A model generated the notes under the pieces. It saw only the letters and a program-made list of their open reading frames with translations, had not been told where the DNA came from and searched no databases. Shown piece after piece: positions 1 through 9,117 of a DNA stretch of 64,000 nucleotides. The stretch's first letter is position 1. Each line of letters begins with the position of its first letter. A program made the translations under genes and the position numbers. The stretch comes from Pseudomonadota bacterium (GTDB lineage: Bacteria > Desulfobacterota > Binatia > Binatales > Binataceae). The stretch covers positions 12,068 to 76,067 of the forward strand of contig JAJPJA010000100.1 of the NCBI GenBank assembly GCA_021324455.1. The letters are read 5' to 3'.

Positions 1-89
1 GCACGGCGGATATCGAAAAGCGCATCGTGATCGGTGTCCACGGTCCCAAAGAATTGTACGTCGCATTGATCGGAGATTTGCGGCGGTAA
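1..89 (+). CDS. 3' end of an upstream gene (partial; last ~29 codons, ...KELYVALIGDLRR*); product unknown
   Basis: Open frame from window edge to TAA at 87-89, 4 nt upstream of lutA-like start; no family recognisable from the fragment. Confidence 0.2.
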   Translation, partial: TADIEKRIVIGVHGPKELYVALIGDLRR

Positions 90-93
90 ACGC

Positions 94-816
94 ATGCGCG
101 AAGTGACGCTTTTTTCAACCTGCCTGGGCGAGGAGTTGTTCCCGGGCGCGGTGGCGGCGGCGAGAATCGTGCTCCAGCGGCTCGGGCTCGAAGTCAAAAT
201 GCGCCGCGACGCGTTTTGCTGCGGACAGGCCGCGTTTAACGAGGGGATGCGCCGCGACGCCGCCGAACTGGCCGCGCGCTTTCTCGATACGCACCAGCCC
301 GGCACTGCGCTGGTGGTTCCCTCGGGTTCGTGCGCGAGCATGATCCGGATTTTCTATCCCGATCTGCTGGCCGACCAGCCGGCGCTGCTAAAGAAGGCGC
401 GCGCACTGATTCCCTGGGTGCACGAGTTCTCCGAATTTCTGGTTGACGTGCTGGGGGTGACCGATGTCGGCGCGTCGTTTCCTCATTCGGTGACCTACCA
501 TCCGTCATGCCATCTGCTGCGCGAACTGCACGTCATCGACGCGCCGCGCAAGCTTCTGGCGCAGGTGCGCGGGCTGCGGCTTTGCGAACTGCCGCGCGGC
601 ACGGAATGCTGCGGATTCGGCGGGCTGTTCTCGGTCAAGTTTCCCGATATCTCGGCCGCGATGCTGGCGGACAAGTGTAAATGCATCGAGCAAAGCGGCG
701 CCGAGTTCGTGGTTGCCAACGACGGCGGGTGTCTGATGCAGATGGGCGGCGGACTGCATCGCGCGCACAGCCGCGTCAAAACCCTTCATCTGGCGGAAAT
801 CCTCGCCAGCCGGTGA
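94..816 (+). CDS. lutA: LutA/LldE-like (Fe-S) oxidase subunit with two cysteine-rich CCG domains (lactate/glycolate utilisation family)
   Basis: ATG at 94; 240 aa; repeated Cx..CCG..C motifs (FCCGQAAF, ECCGFGG), typical LutA/GlcF C-terminal architecture; high-GC third positions. Confidence 0.8.
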   Translation: MREVTLFSTCLGEELFPGAVAAARIVLQRLGLEVKMRRDAFCCGQAAFNEGMRRDAAELAARFLDTHQPGTALVVPSGSCASMIRIFYPDLLADQPALLKKARALIPWVHEFSEFLVDVLGVTDVGASFPHSVTYHPSCHLLRELHVIDAPRKLLAQVRGLRLCELPRGTECCGFGGLFSVKFPDISAAMLADKCKCIEQSGAEFVVANDGGCLMQMGGGLHRAHSRVKTLHLAEILASR

Positions 817-1062
817 GCATCCGGCTTTACAGTCCGTATTTGAATGGGAACGCGCAGTGGGCGGCGCAAAGAGCGCTCCCCATCGGGGCGCGCGATTCTG
901 ACCTGTTACCCGTACCGCCGGACAATCGCCGCGCTGGATCGGGCCGGCGGAGCACTCCTTGCCGCGAAGGTTTTTTCCCGCCGGCATGCGGCCGATTGAC
1001 GCCAAACTTCGATTTTTTTCGGCCGCCTATTTCTGCGGGTCCGGCCGCCGAGCTGAAAACCG

Positions 1063-1656
1063 TCATGGTTCCGCGATCGGTGCCGCTGGCCGAGAACCGA
1101 AGAAAAGGCTTCGCACGCCGGTTCCGCTGCGCGCCTCGCGGATTTGGCGGGAAAGATGGCTGCTCAGTTCGGTCCGCAACTGATTCACTCGCCAGCGCAC
1201 CTCCGCCAAATCGCTCTCTTTTGTTTCGAAGTAGGCGCGCGCGGCCGCGCTGCCGCGCGCCTGCCTGATCTGGTCCGACTGCCCGACCGCGGCGAGCGCC
1301 TGACTGACCGCGGCCTCCAGGCCCGCAAGCAGGCCCTGACTGAGTCCGCTGGCGGCGGCGGTCGCCCTCAGCACGCCGGTGTGCGTCTCCAGCGCCTCTG
1401 CGTTCTCGATCACACCGTCCTGGAAACGCGTATCGCCGGTGGACAAAAAAGCCTGTTGATCGACGTTGAGGCGGGCCAGATCGTCGAGCACGGCGTCAAG
1501 ACGATCGGCGGCCATGAAGCCGGTGGCGAACACGGCATTCACGTTCGCCAGGGTCCGGTCGTACGCGTATGCCAGTGAAACCACGCCCCAGACAAACGCA
1601 AGCGCAAGACCCAGCACGATCGAGGTGCGAGGATTGTCCTCCCATTTCCAATTCAT
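1063..1656 (-). CDS. Membrane-anchored CHASE3-like sensor-module protein without output domain (197 aa)
   Basis: N-terminal TM helix (IVLGLALAFVWGVVSLAYAY) then helical periplasmic region with CHASE3-like ...FLSTGDTRFQDG... signature; strong SD (GGAAGGAG) 8 nt upstream of ATG at 1656. Confidence 0.55.
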   Translation of the reverse strand: MNWKWEDNPRTSIVLGLALAFVWGVVSLAYAYDRTLANVNAVFATGFMAADRLDAVLDDLARLNVDQQAFLSTGDTRFQDGVIENAEALETHTGVLRATAAASGLSQGLLAGLEAAVSQALAAVGQSDQIRQARGSAAARAYFETKESDLAEVRWRVNQLRTELSSHLSRQIREARSGTGVRSLFFGSRPAAPIAEP

Positions 1657-1769
1657 CGCCGGCTCCTTCCTGCGGCGGCGGGTGCGCTCTGGGCGCAGCC
1701 TGGGCCGATGACGGCGGCGGTTGCCTGCCCGCGATTTTCCGGAGCGGCCAACTCCGGCATCCGTTGGAT

Positions 1770-1979
1770 TCAGGCTCGCTGAACCCGGGTCAGAGTGATC
1801 ACCATCTCGCGGCCGGAAACGCTCGGCACGTGGATCGCTTCGCCGCCGCGCAGGCGGGCGGACCGGCCTGTGGGCGGCGCCGCGCTTCTATAGCGAAAGC
1901 CCCAGACGTACCACTGCGCGATTGCCGCGGTTGCGGTTGCTATCAGTCCGGCAAATATCGATGGAATCAGCGCCGACAT
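1770..1979 (-). CDS. Possible small (69 aa) single-TM membrane protein, hypothetical
   Basis: ATG at 1979 with GGGAG 9 nt upstream; hydrophobic N-terminus (MSALIPSIFAGLIATATAAIAQWYVWGF); no homology recognisable. Confidence 0.25.
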   Translation of the reverse strand: MSALIPSIFAGLIATATAAIAQWYVWGFRYRSAAPPTGRSARLRGGEAIHVPSVSGREMVITLTRVQRA

Positions 1980-2422
1980 CGGTTTTCTCCCTATGTATCG
2001 ATTCACTGTTCGGATTCGCGCCGCCAAACTGCATTGCGCTTTTTGCTGGTGACCTATTGAGCAAGCTCGATGCCATCGAAGCGGCGCCCGCCTGCTAACG
2101 GCAAATTGAGCCAAATGCCTTGCCCTGGCGGGTTCAATGCAATTCTCTGGCTGCATGGGCGGACTGCGGCGGAATTGCGCCGCGCCGCCATGGTTTACGC
2201 GCCGGCCAATAACGCCTCGCCGCTTCATCGGGACGCTCCGCTCATAGTCGTCTGGCGCGGTCAGCGATCGACGGTTCATGCCGGACTCTCCGGCATGGTT
2301 AAGACGCCGGCCGCTGAACAATGTGCAAAGCCAGCCGCGGCGCGTTGGGCCTCAAGCCGGGGGAGAGCCGGGCAATGGAAACGGGCGGCCATCATTGCTA
2401 TCCTGATCGCGGGACAACAACA

Positions 2423-2441
2423 TACATACAGACTGTATGTA
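2423..2441. promoter_or_regulatory. Perfect 9-bp-arm palindrome TACATACAG-A-CTGTATGTA, candidate TetR operator overlapping the RBS/start region of the TetR gene at 2455
   Basis: Seen directly in sequence, 14 nt upstream of TetR ATG; classic autoregulatory TetR operator geometry. Confidence 0.6.
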
Positions 2442-2454
2442 ACCGGCAACCGAT

Positions 2455-3057
2455 ATGCCAGTCAAGAGCCGCCAGGCCCGCAACTCCGCCGCCACCCGCG
2501 CCGCCCTGCTGCGCGCCGCCCGCAAGCTGTTCACCGAACGGGGCTATACCGAGGCCGCCACCGAAGAGGTCGTGCGCCGCTCGCGCGTTACCCGTGGCGC
2601 TCTCTATCATCACTTCCGCGACAAGCAGGCGCTGTTCAGGGCGGTCCTCGAAGAGGAACAACTGAAGCTGGCCGCCTCGATCAAAGCAATCGCCGCCCGC
2701 CAGACCGACCCATGGCGGGCGCTGATCGCCGGATGCCACGCTTTTCTGGACGCCTGCCTCGATCCCAGCGTGCAGCAGATCCTGCTGATCGACGCGCCCG
2801 CGGTGCTGGGATGGGAGGGATGCCGCGAGGCGGATGCGATGTATTATCTGGACAGCGTGAAAGCCGCCATCCAGTCCGCGATCGACCAGCGGATCGTCGC
2901 GCCGCAGCCGGTCGAGGCGCTGGCGCGGATGATCCTGGGCGCGCTGAACGAAGCCGCCATGATGATTGCGCACGCGGACGACGAAAAAGCCGCGCGCCGC
3001 GAAGTCAGCGAGGTCGTGGACCGGCTTTTGGAAGGCATCCGCGCCGCCCGAAGCTGA
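2455..3057 (+). CDS. TetR/AcrR family transcriptional regulator
   Basis: N-terminal HTH (TRAALLRAARKLFTERGYTEAATEEVVRRSRVTRGALYHHFRDKQALF) typical of TetR_N; 200 aa. Confidence 0.9.
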   Translation: MPVKSRQARNSAATRAALLRAARKLFTERGYTEAATEEVVRRSRVTRGALYHHFRDKQALFRAVLEEEQLKLAASIKAIAARQTDPWRALIAGCHAFLDACLDPSVQQILLIDAPAVLGWEGCREADAMYYLDSVKAAIQSAIDQRIVAPQPVEALARMILGALNEAAMMIAHADDEKAARREVSEVVDRLLEGIRAARS

Positions 3058-3092
3058 AGCCCGGCCCCTCAACGCGGCCTGACGCCGCCCTG

Positions 3093-3453
3093 TCAGTCCT
3101 GCGATCCGCCCTGCGCTTCGACGTGGAAGTGATGCAGGAAGCGATGGAAAATCGGCGCGAACAGGATGCCGGCGGCGCTGATTATCGCCAGCCCGCTGTA
3201 CAGCGCATAGAACGACGCGAACAGCTTGCCGGCCGTGGTCCGGATCGGATCCACCGGGCCCATTCCACCCGCGATCATCGACGCGTTCAGCAGCGCGTCG
3301 ATCCATGGCAGCCGTTCTAAGTAATGATAGCCCAGCACTCCGATAGCGAGCGATCCGATCAGGACGATGCCCGCCGCCGCGCTCCATCGCGCCATCCGGC
3401 GCACGAACAGGCGGCGGGGCAGCAGCCGTTGATGGCGTCGCTCGAAGGTCATG
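3093..3453 (-). CDS. Small polytopic membrane protein, hypothetical (start uncertain; ORF open to 3563)
   Basis: Two to three hydrophobic helices (AAAGIVLIGSLAIGVLGY; LFASFYALYSGLAIISAAGILFAPIF); no SD found, start assignment tentative. Confidence 0.35.
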
Positions 3454-3525
3454 TGTTGGGAATAAAATAGCCCAAAGCCGCCGCCGCGGCGAAGCGGCCC
3501 GGCGCGATTCCCGCCGGTTGCCGGC

Positions 3526-3945
3526 TTGAACCCAATGGACCGGCGCGCCATGATCGGGACCATGATCGCAATCCGCGCGCAGGTGTTGCTGCTGTCCGCC
3601 GCCCTCAGCGCCTGCTCGCTGTTTCACCGGCCCACACCGCAGCAGAAACTCTTTGACGCGCTCAACCGCGGCAACGCGGCCGAGGCCAGTCAGCTATGGT
3701 TGTCGATGAGCCAGAAGGATCGGATCAAATTCAACCGCGGCGAAGGGATCAAATCCGCCGTGCCGCCCGAGCAGGTGGTCAAGACGCTGACTCAGATGTC
3801 GCCCGACGAGATGCACGGCCAGGTCACCATCCAGGGGCCCAGCGGCGGCGGGAGCCTGCTCGATCTGCCCAAACTGGCGCAGCCCAAATCCGCCGCGCCC
3901 GCGGCTTTGTCCGGACAAAAAGGATCCGCGGAATCCGAGCCATAG
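3526..3945 (+). CDS. Putative lipoprotein, hypothetical
   Basis: Signal peptide with lipobox LSAC (…LLLSAALSACS); coding-like GC3 bias; no family recognised. Confidence 0.55.
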   Translation: MNPMDRRAMIGTMIAIRAQVLLLSAALSACSLFHRPTPQQKLFDALNRGNAAEASQLWLSMSQKDRIKFNRGEGIKSAVPPEQVVKTLTQMSPDEMHGQVTIQGPSGGGSLLDLPKLAQPKSAAPAALSGQKGSAESEP

Positions 3946-3982
3946 CCGCTCTTGCTTTGACGCGGCTAACTCGCAAGCATAA

Positions 3983-4444
3983 ATGATGATGCGTGCCGGC
4001 GCTCTGAAATGGATGGGGGCGGCTGCCGCCGTTATTGCCGCCGCGGCGCTGTTGTCCAATCTGGAACTGCCGCCGCGCTGCACCCGGGTGGCCGGCGCCG
4101 GCGGCGTCAGTATCGATCTGAGCGCGCTGGCTCGCGGTCAGGCGCGGCTGTTCTGCTACCAGGATCAGGCCGGCGATAAAATCCGTTTCATCCTGGCGCG
4201 CGGCTCTGACGGCGCGGTGCACAGTGTCTTCGACGCATGCCGCCAGTGCTACAGCTATCGCAAAGGCTACCGGCTCAATCCCAACGGCAACCTGGTGTGC
4301 CGGCTGTGCGGCAATCGCTACTCGGTGGATAACATGATGAACGGCAAGGCGTCGTGCGTTCCGGTGGCCTTGCGCCATCAGCAATCCGGCTCCACGGTAC
4401 GAATCAGCGCCGCCGACATCCGCGGCGGCCGCGGACTGTTCTGA
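3983..4444 (+). CDS. Secreted/membrane-anchored Cys-rich protein with CxxC...CxxC zinc-ribbon-like motif (DUF2318-like)
   Basis: N-terminal signal/anchor (WMGAAAAVIAAAALL); CRQCYSY...CRLCGNRY paired CxxC motifs. Confidence 0.55.
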   Translation: MMMRAGALKWMGAAAAVIAAAALLSNLELPPRCTRVAGAGGVSIDLSALARGQARLFCYQDQAGDKIRFILARGSDGAVHSVFDACRQCYSYRKGYRLNPNGNLVCRLCGNRYSVDNMMNGKASCVPVALRHQQSGSTVRISAADIRGGRGLF

Positions 4445-4655
4445 ACGCGCCAATCGCCCGGCAAGTATCCAGGCCGGCGCGCCTGGCGTGTGCGATGGCG
4501 CCGCGGTTTGCGGCAATCGCTGACCGCTTTCAGAACGCAGCCTTCTTTCGGTCCGGATTACTGGCCGGCCCTTTCGGAACATTTGGTTCGACCCCATCCA
4601 GCGGCTAATCTGGGTCGCGCAAACCCCCGCGTTCGCGCTCAGGAGGACCTCGAAG

Positions 4656-5843
4656 TTGGATCTCAACCTTTCATCCAGCGAGGAAGCTTTTCGCCAGGAG
4701 GTGAGGAGCTGGATCAGACAGAATCTGCCGCCCGAATGGACCGTCGACCGGCTCGAAGAGCTGGACCAGAGGGAAGCGGTCGCCTGTGCGCGAAAATGGC
4801 AGGAGCGGCTGGGCAGCGCCGGATGGCTCGGGTTGGCGTGGCCCAAAGAATATGGCGGGCGCGGCGCCACCCTGATGGAACAGGCGATTTACATCATGGA
4901 GGCGATTGCCGCGCGCGCGCCGATGCCGGCGGACAAAATCGGCCTGCAACTGGTCGGCCCCGCTCTGATCGAAATCGGCACGCCGCAGCAGAAAGCGCGT
5001 TTTTTGGAAAAAATCCTGCGCGGCAAAATGTTGTGGTGCCAGGGCTTTTCCGAACCCAACGCCGGATCCGACCTGGCCAGCGTCCAGACCAAAGCCGCGC
5101 TGGACGGCGACGAATGGGTGATCAACGGCCAGAAGATCTGGAGTTCCGATGCCCCCTGGGCCGATTGGTGTACGCTGCTGGCCCGCACCAATCCCGAGGC
5201 GCCCAAGCATAAGGGGCTCACCATGCTCGCCGTGCCGATGAACAGCAACGGCATCACCGTGCGGCCCATCAGGCAGATCAGCCGGCGCGAGGAGTTCGCC
5301 GAAATCTTTTTCGATAACGTCCGCGTGCCGCGCGACGCCGTGATCGGCGAACTGGGCACCGGATGGAACGTCACCATGCGGATGCTCACCTACGAGCGCG
5401 GCCTGTACACGCTGGTTGAGATACCGCGGTTCGAGAAAGCCTGGCGGCAGGAAGTCGATTTCGCCAAAACCATCCGCCGCAACGGCAAACTCCTGATTGA
5501 CGATCCCATCGTGCGCGAACGGTTGGCGCAGGCGTACGCCAACATCCAGATGATGCGGCTGACCAATCTGCGCTACATCACCAGTTATCTGCGCGGCGCC
5601 GCGCCGGGCGAGGAATCCTCGCTGATGAAGCTGCATTGGGCGATGACCGACCAGGGCCTGTACGACCTTGCGATGTCGCTGGGCGGACCGGCGTCGCTGG
5701 GGATGCTGGGTGCGCCGCGCGCGATTTGCAGCGGTCAGTGGAATGCGGATTATTTCTATTCGCGCGCCTGCACAATTTACGGCGGCACCCAGGATATCCA
5801 TCGCAACCTGGTCGCCGAGCGCATCTACGGCCTGCCGCGCTGA
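4656..5843 (+). CDS. Acyl-CoA dehydrogenase family protein
   Basis: TTG start at 4656 with AGGAGG 9 nt upstream; 395 aa; ACAD N/M/C domain signatures (…CQGFSEPNAGSDLASVQTKA…, …YGGTQDIHRNLVAERI…). Confidence 0.9.
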   Translation: MDLNLSSSEEAFRQEVRSWIRQNLPPEWTVDRLEELDQREAVACARKWQERLGSAGWLGLAWPKEYGGRGATLMEQAIYIMEAIAARAPMPADKIGLQLVGPALIEIGTPQQKARFLEKILRGKMLWCQGFSEPNAGSDLASVQTKAALDGDEWVINGQKIWSSDAPWADWCTLLARTNPEAPKHKGLTMLAVPMNSNGITVRPIRQISRREEFAEIFFDNVRVPRDAVIGELGTGWNVTMRMLTYERGLYTLVEIPRFEKAWRQEVDFAKTIRRNGKLLIDDPIVRERLAQAYANIQMMRLTNLRYITSYLRGAAPGEESSLMKLHWAMTDQGLYDLAMSLGGPASLGMLGAPRAICSGQWNADYFYSRACTIYGGTQDIHRNLVAERIYGLPR

Positions 5844-6098
5844 GGCGAAAGGACCTGGCTTTGCTGACGGTGCGGCGTGTTGACAATCCTGCCCTGCCTC
5901 GCCGCGCGCACCGTTATGGGACAGGGCGGCTGCATCTTTGGCGCATCGGCGGTCAGTTGTGAAAGGGTGTTGCTGTAAGCGTATCAGGCACCCTCATCCT
6001 GACCCCTCTTTCACGAAAGAATGTGGGAGAGGCGAGCAGATGCGGGAGGGGGAGCGAAACGCTGCGGCTGAGGGAACCGAAAAATAACGGGGTGAGAC

Positions 6099-7118
6099 AT
6101 GAAACTTGACCTGACATTGCACACCCAAGTCCTGCGCGAAGTGCCCGCCGACGCGCGCTTTGCCGAGGACGCCGGCTTCGCCGGACTGTGGTCGCAGGAA
6201 ACCGGCAACGACGGCCTGCTGCCGCTGGTTTTGGCCGCCGAACACACCGGCAAAATCACGCTCGGCACCGCGATTGCCGTCGCCTTTCCGCGCAGCCCGA
6301 TGACCATGGCGTACATCGCGTGGGATTTGGCGGGGCTGTCGCGCGGCAGGTTTGTTTTGGGATTGGGCACCCAGGTCAAAGGCCACAACGAGCGGCGCTT
6401 CAGCGTCAAGTGGGACGCGCCGGTGCCGCGGCTGCGCGAGTACATCGAATCGCTGCGCGCAATCTTCAAATGCTGGTCCGAGGGCGGCCAACGTCTGAGC
6501 TACCAGGGCAAGTTCTACAACTTCTCCCTGATGACGCCGTTCTTCACTCCGCCGCATCACGAATGGCCCAACATCCCGATCTATGTCGCCGGCGTCAATC
6601 CGCTGATTTGCCGGATGGCCGGAGAGTTGTGCGACGGCTTCCATGCCCATCCGTTCCACAGCGCCAAGTACCTGCGCGAAAGCGTGCTGCCCAATATCGA
6701 GAGCGGCCTGCGCAAGGCCGGACGCAGCCGCAAGGATTTCACCGTATTCACTTCGGTGTTTGCCGCGGTCGGACGCAACGACGAGCAGATTCATAAGGCG
6801 CGCGAGCTGATCCGCAGTCAGATCGCGTTTTACGGCTCCACGCGCAGTTATCAGCCGGTGCTCGACGCCCACGGATGGGGCGACATGTGCGCCCGGCTGG
6901 GGGAGAAGGCGGCGAAGGGAAAATGGGACCAGATGGCCGCCGAGGTCAGCGACGACATGCTGGAAGTTTATTGCGTCAGCGGCACCTTCGACACCATCGC
7001 GGCGCGCATCAAACAGCGCTACGAGGGCCTGCTCGACCGCTTCGCATTCTACTTCCCCTACCGCGCCGGCACTGAGGATGATCGGTGGCGCGCGATCATC
7101 ACGGAGTTCAACGGCTAG
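6099..7118 (+). CDS. Luciferase-like monooxygenase (LLM) class F420-dependent oxidoreductase
   Basis: 339 aa; LLM fold signatures (…GFAGLWSQE…, …FVLGLGTQVKGHNERRF…); purine-rich leader. Confidence 0.85.
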   Translation: MKLDLTLHTQVLREVPADARFAEDAGFAGLWSQETGNDGLLPLVLAAEHTGKITLGTAIAVAFPRSPMTMAYIAWDLAGLSRGRFVLGLGTQVKGHNERRFSVKWDAPVPRLREYIESLRAIFKCWSEGGQRLSYQGKFYNFSLMTPFFTPPHHEWPNIPIYVAGVNPLICRMAGELCDGFHAHPFHSAKYLRESVLPNIESGLRKAGRSRKDFTVFTSVFAAVGRNDEQIHKARELIRSQIAFYGSTRSYQPVLDAHGWGDMCARLGEKAAKGKWDQMAAEVSDDMLEVYCVSGTFDTIAARIKQRYEGLLDRFAFYFPYRAGTEDDRWRAIITEFNG

Positions 7119-8145
7119 AAGACCGCAGGCGGCGGCGGACCGACGCGGCCGCGAACTCGATCGCGGCGCGCATGCTTTGGGCGCGGGCGATTCCGCGGCC
7201 CGCGATATCGTACGCGGTGCCGTGATCGGGCGAGGTGCGGATAAAGGGCAGGCCCAGCGTCACGTTGACCGCATGGTCGAAATCCAGCGCCTTGACCGCG
7301 ATCAACCCCTGGTCGTGATACATCGCGACCGCCGCGTCGAATGCGAATCTGCCGGCGGTTGTGACAAACGCGGTATCGGGCGGTACCGGACCGTAAGCGT
7401 CGATTCCGGCGTTGCGCGCCTGCGCGATTGCGGGTGCGATCGCGTCTATTTCCTCGCGTCCGAACAGGCCGTTTTCGCCCGCGTGCGGATTGAAGCCGAG
7501 CACGGCCAGGCGGGGATTGGCGACCCCCGCGTCGGCGCGCATGTGGGCGGCCAGCAATTCAATCGTCTCGAAGATCTTTTTCGTGCTGAGCGCGCGCGAC
7601 ACCCGCGCCAGTCCGAGATGCACCGTGACCAGGGCGAGCCGCAGGCGGCGTCCGGCGAACATCATCCGCCAGCGCGGCACTTTTGCGATTTCGGCCAGCA
7701 GTTCCGAATGCCCGGGGAACCGATGTCCGGCCCGGTTGAGCCATTGCTTGCTGATGGGAGCCGTGACCAGCGCGCAAGCGCGGCCCGCCAGCGCCATCCG
7801 CGCGCCGGTCTGGATATAGCGGTACGCGGCGCGCGCCCCCGCCACGCCCGGACGGCCCGCCCTGAGCGCGCGCGCGGGGAGTCTGCTCACCTCCATGACG
7901 CACAGCGTATCGCCGCCGGCGTCGATGCGATCCCCGCCGATCCATCCGGCCGGGCGCGGAACCGGCTCCTTCAAACTGCTTGCCGCCGCACGCATCGCGC
8001 CCAGATCCCCGATCACGAGCAGCCGCGGCGCGCCGCGTTTGCCGGCCCATGAAGCCGCCGCCTTGAGGATTACCTCGGGACCGATCCCGGCGGGATCGCC
8101 CATGCTGATCGCGATTGGAGCTGAGCCGCGCGCCGCGGCGCTCAC
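7108..8145 (-). CDS. pdxA: 4-hydroxythreonine-4-phosphate dehydrogenase PdxA
   Basis: …ISMGDPAGIGPE… N-terminal signature and …NPHAGE…/…YHDQG… motifs; proposed GTG start at 8145 overlapping surA TGA (GTGA). Confidence 0.85.
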   Translation of the reverse strand: MSAAARGSAPIAISMGDPAGIGPEVILKAAASWAGKRGAPRLLVIGDLGAMRAAASSLKEPVPRPAGWIGGDRIDAGGDTLCVMEVSRLPARALRAGRPGVAGARAAYRYIQTGARMALAGRACALVTAPISKQWLNRAGHRFPGHSELLAEIAKVPRWRMMFAGRRLRLALVTVHLGLARVSRALSTKKIFETIELLAAHMRADAGVANPRLAVLGFNPHAGENGLFGREEIDAIAPAIAQARNAGIDAYGPVPPDTAFVTTAGRFAFDAAVAMYHDQGLIAVKALDFDHAVNVTLGLPFIRTSPDHGTAYDIAGRGIARAQSMRAAIEFAAASVRRRLRSSSR

Positions 8146-9113
8146 AGGTAGGTCTGCACGGAGTGGTTCTTGATCAATTCCGTACTGACCCATCGTTTGA
8201 ACTGAATCTCCATCTGCTGTTGGGCCAGCTTGGCGCGAATGGCGTCGCGCACGTCGGCCAGCGGTTTGACGCCCGCTTCCTGATGTTCTTCCACCTTGAT
8301 GATATGAAAGCCGTGGCCGGTCTTGACCACTTCCGAGATCTGCCCGGACTTGAGCTTTGAAATGGCGGCCAGAATCCGGTCGTTGATCTCGTCGGGTTTG
8401 AAGTAGCCCAGTTCGCCGCCCTGGGTTTTGGAATCGTCGTCGGAGTACTGCGCCGCGAGCGCCGCGAAGTCCTCGCCCTTGAGCGCGCGCTTGCGCAGCT
8501 GTTCGGCCCTGGCCCGCGCCGCTTCAACCAGCATCGGCGGCGCCGTCGCGGGATCGACCGCAACCAGGATCTGCGCCAGCTTGAAGCGCTCCTCCGAGGA
8601 TGTGAAGTCGGCGATGTGCGCATGGTAATAGGCTTCGATCTGCGCCTGGGTGACGGTAATTTTGTCGCGCACCTGATGCTCCAGCAGCAGCATCTTCTGC
8701 ACTTCCTGGCGCGCCCGCTTGCGGTACTGCTCGTAGGTGATGCCGTGCTGGGCCAGTTCGTCGCGCAGCTGGGCGTCGGTGACGTGGTTGCCGGCTTCGA
8801 ACTGGGCGATGAAGCGGTCGACCTGGTCTTCGTCGACCGGGATCTGGCTCATCTCGTGATCCATCACCTTCTGATTGATGAGCTGATCGAGCACCTTGCG
8901 CTCGATTTGGAGGCTTTGCGGGCTGTCGTCGGTGGGCAGCGTGGTGCCCGAAGCGGAGGCGAAGCGGCGCAGGTCCTGCATCGTGATCGGATCGCCGTCA
9001 ACGGTGGCGACGATTTTATCGACAATCTGATCGGCGCCCGCCGGGGCGGGAAAAAAAGCCGGCAGCAGGAACAGGACCGCTGCGCCGATGCCAATACGCG
9101 CGTAATGCCTCAT
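8142..9113 (-). CDS. surA: Periplasmic chaperone / peptidyl-prolyl isomerase SurA
   Basis: ATG at 9113 (MRHYARIG...), signal peptide, SurA N-domain and C-terminal parvulin-like PPIase (…GGELGYFKPDEI…GFHIIKV…); 4 nt after mfd stop. Confidence 0.85.
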   Translation of the reverse strand: MRHYARIGIGAAVLFLLPAFFPAPAGADQIVDKIVATVDGDPITMQDLRRFASASGTTLPTDDSPQSLQIERKVLDQLINQKVMDHEMSQIPVDEDQVDRFIAQFEAGNHVTDAQLRDELAQHGITYEQYRKRARQEVQKMLLLEHQVRDKITVTQAQIEAYYHAHIADFTSSEERFKLAQILVAVDPATAPPMLVEAARARAEQLRKRALKGEDFAALAAQYSDDDSKTQGGELGYFKPDEINDRILAAISKLKSGQISEVVKTGHGFHIIKVEEHQEAGVKPLADVRDAIRAKLAQQQMEIQFKRWVSTELIKNHSVQTYL

Positions 9114-9117
9114 CGAA

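Noticed and set aside
2070-3627. Overlapping 416-aa (+) and 409-aa (-) ORFs
   Set aside because: They overlap the well-supported TetR gene and each other. Composition is Arg/Pro/Gly-rich without motifs. High-GC artefacts.
4585-4595. GGTTCGACCCC, resembling a tRNA T-loop
   Set aside because: Flanking bases cannot form a T-stem or acceptor stem, and there is no CCA-proximal structure. Not a tRNA.
5860-6098. Possible riboswitch/leader upstream of the first LLM gene (purine-rich, short inverted repeats)
   Set aside because: No match to any riboswitch consensus I can recognise. Left as an unclassified leader.
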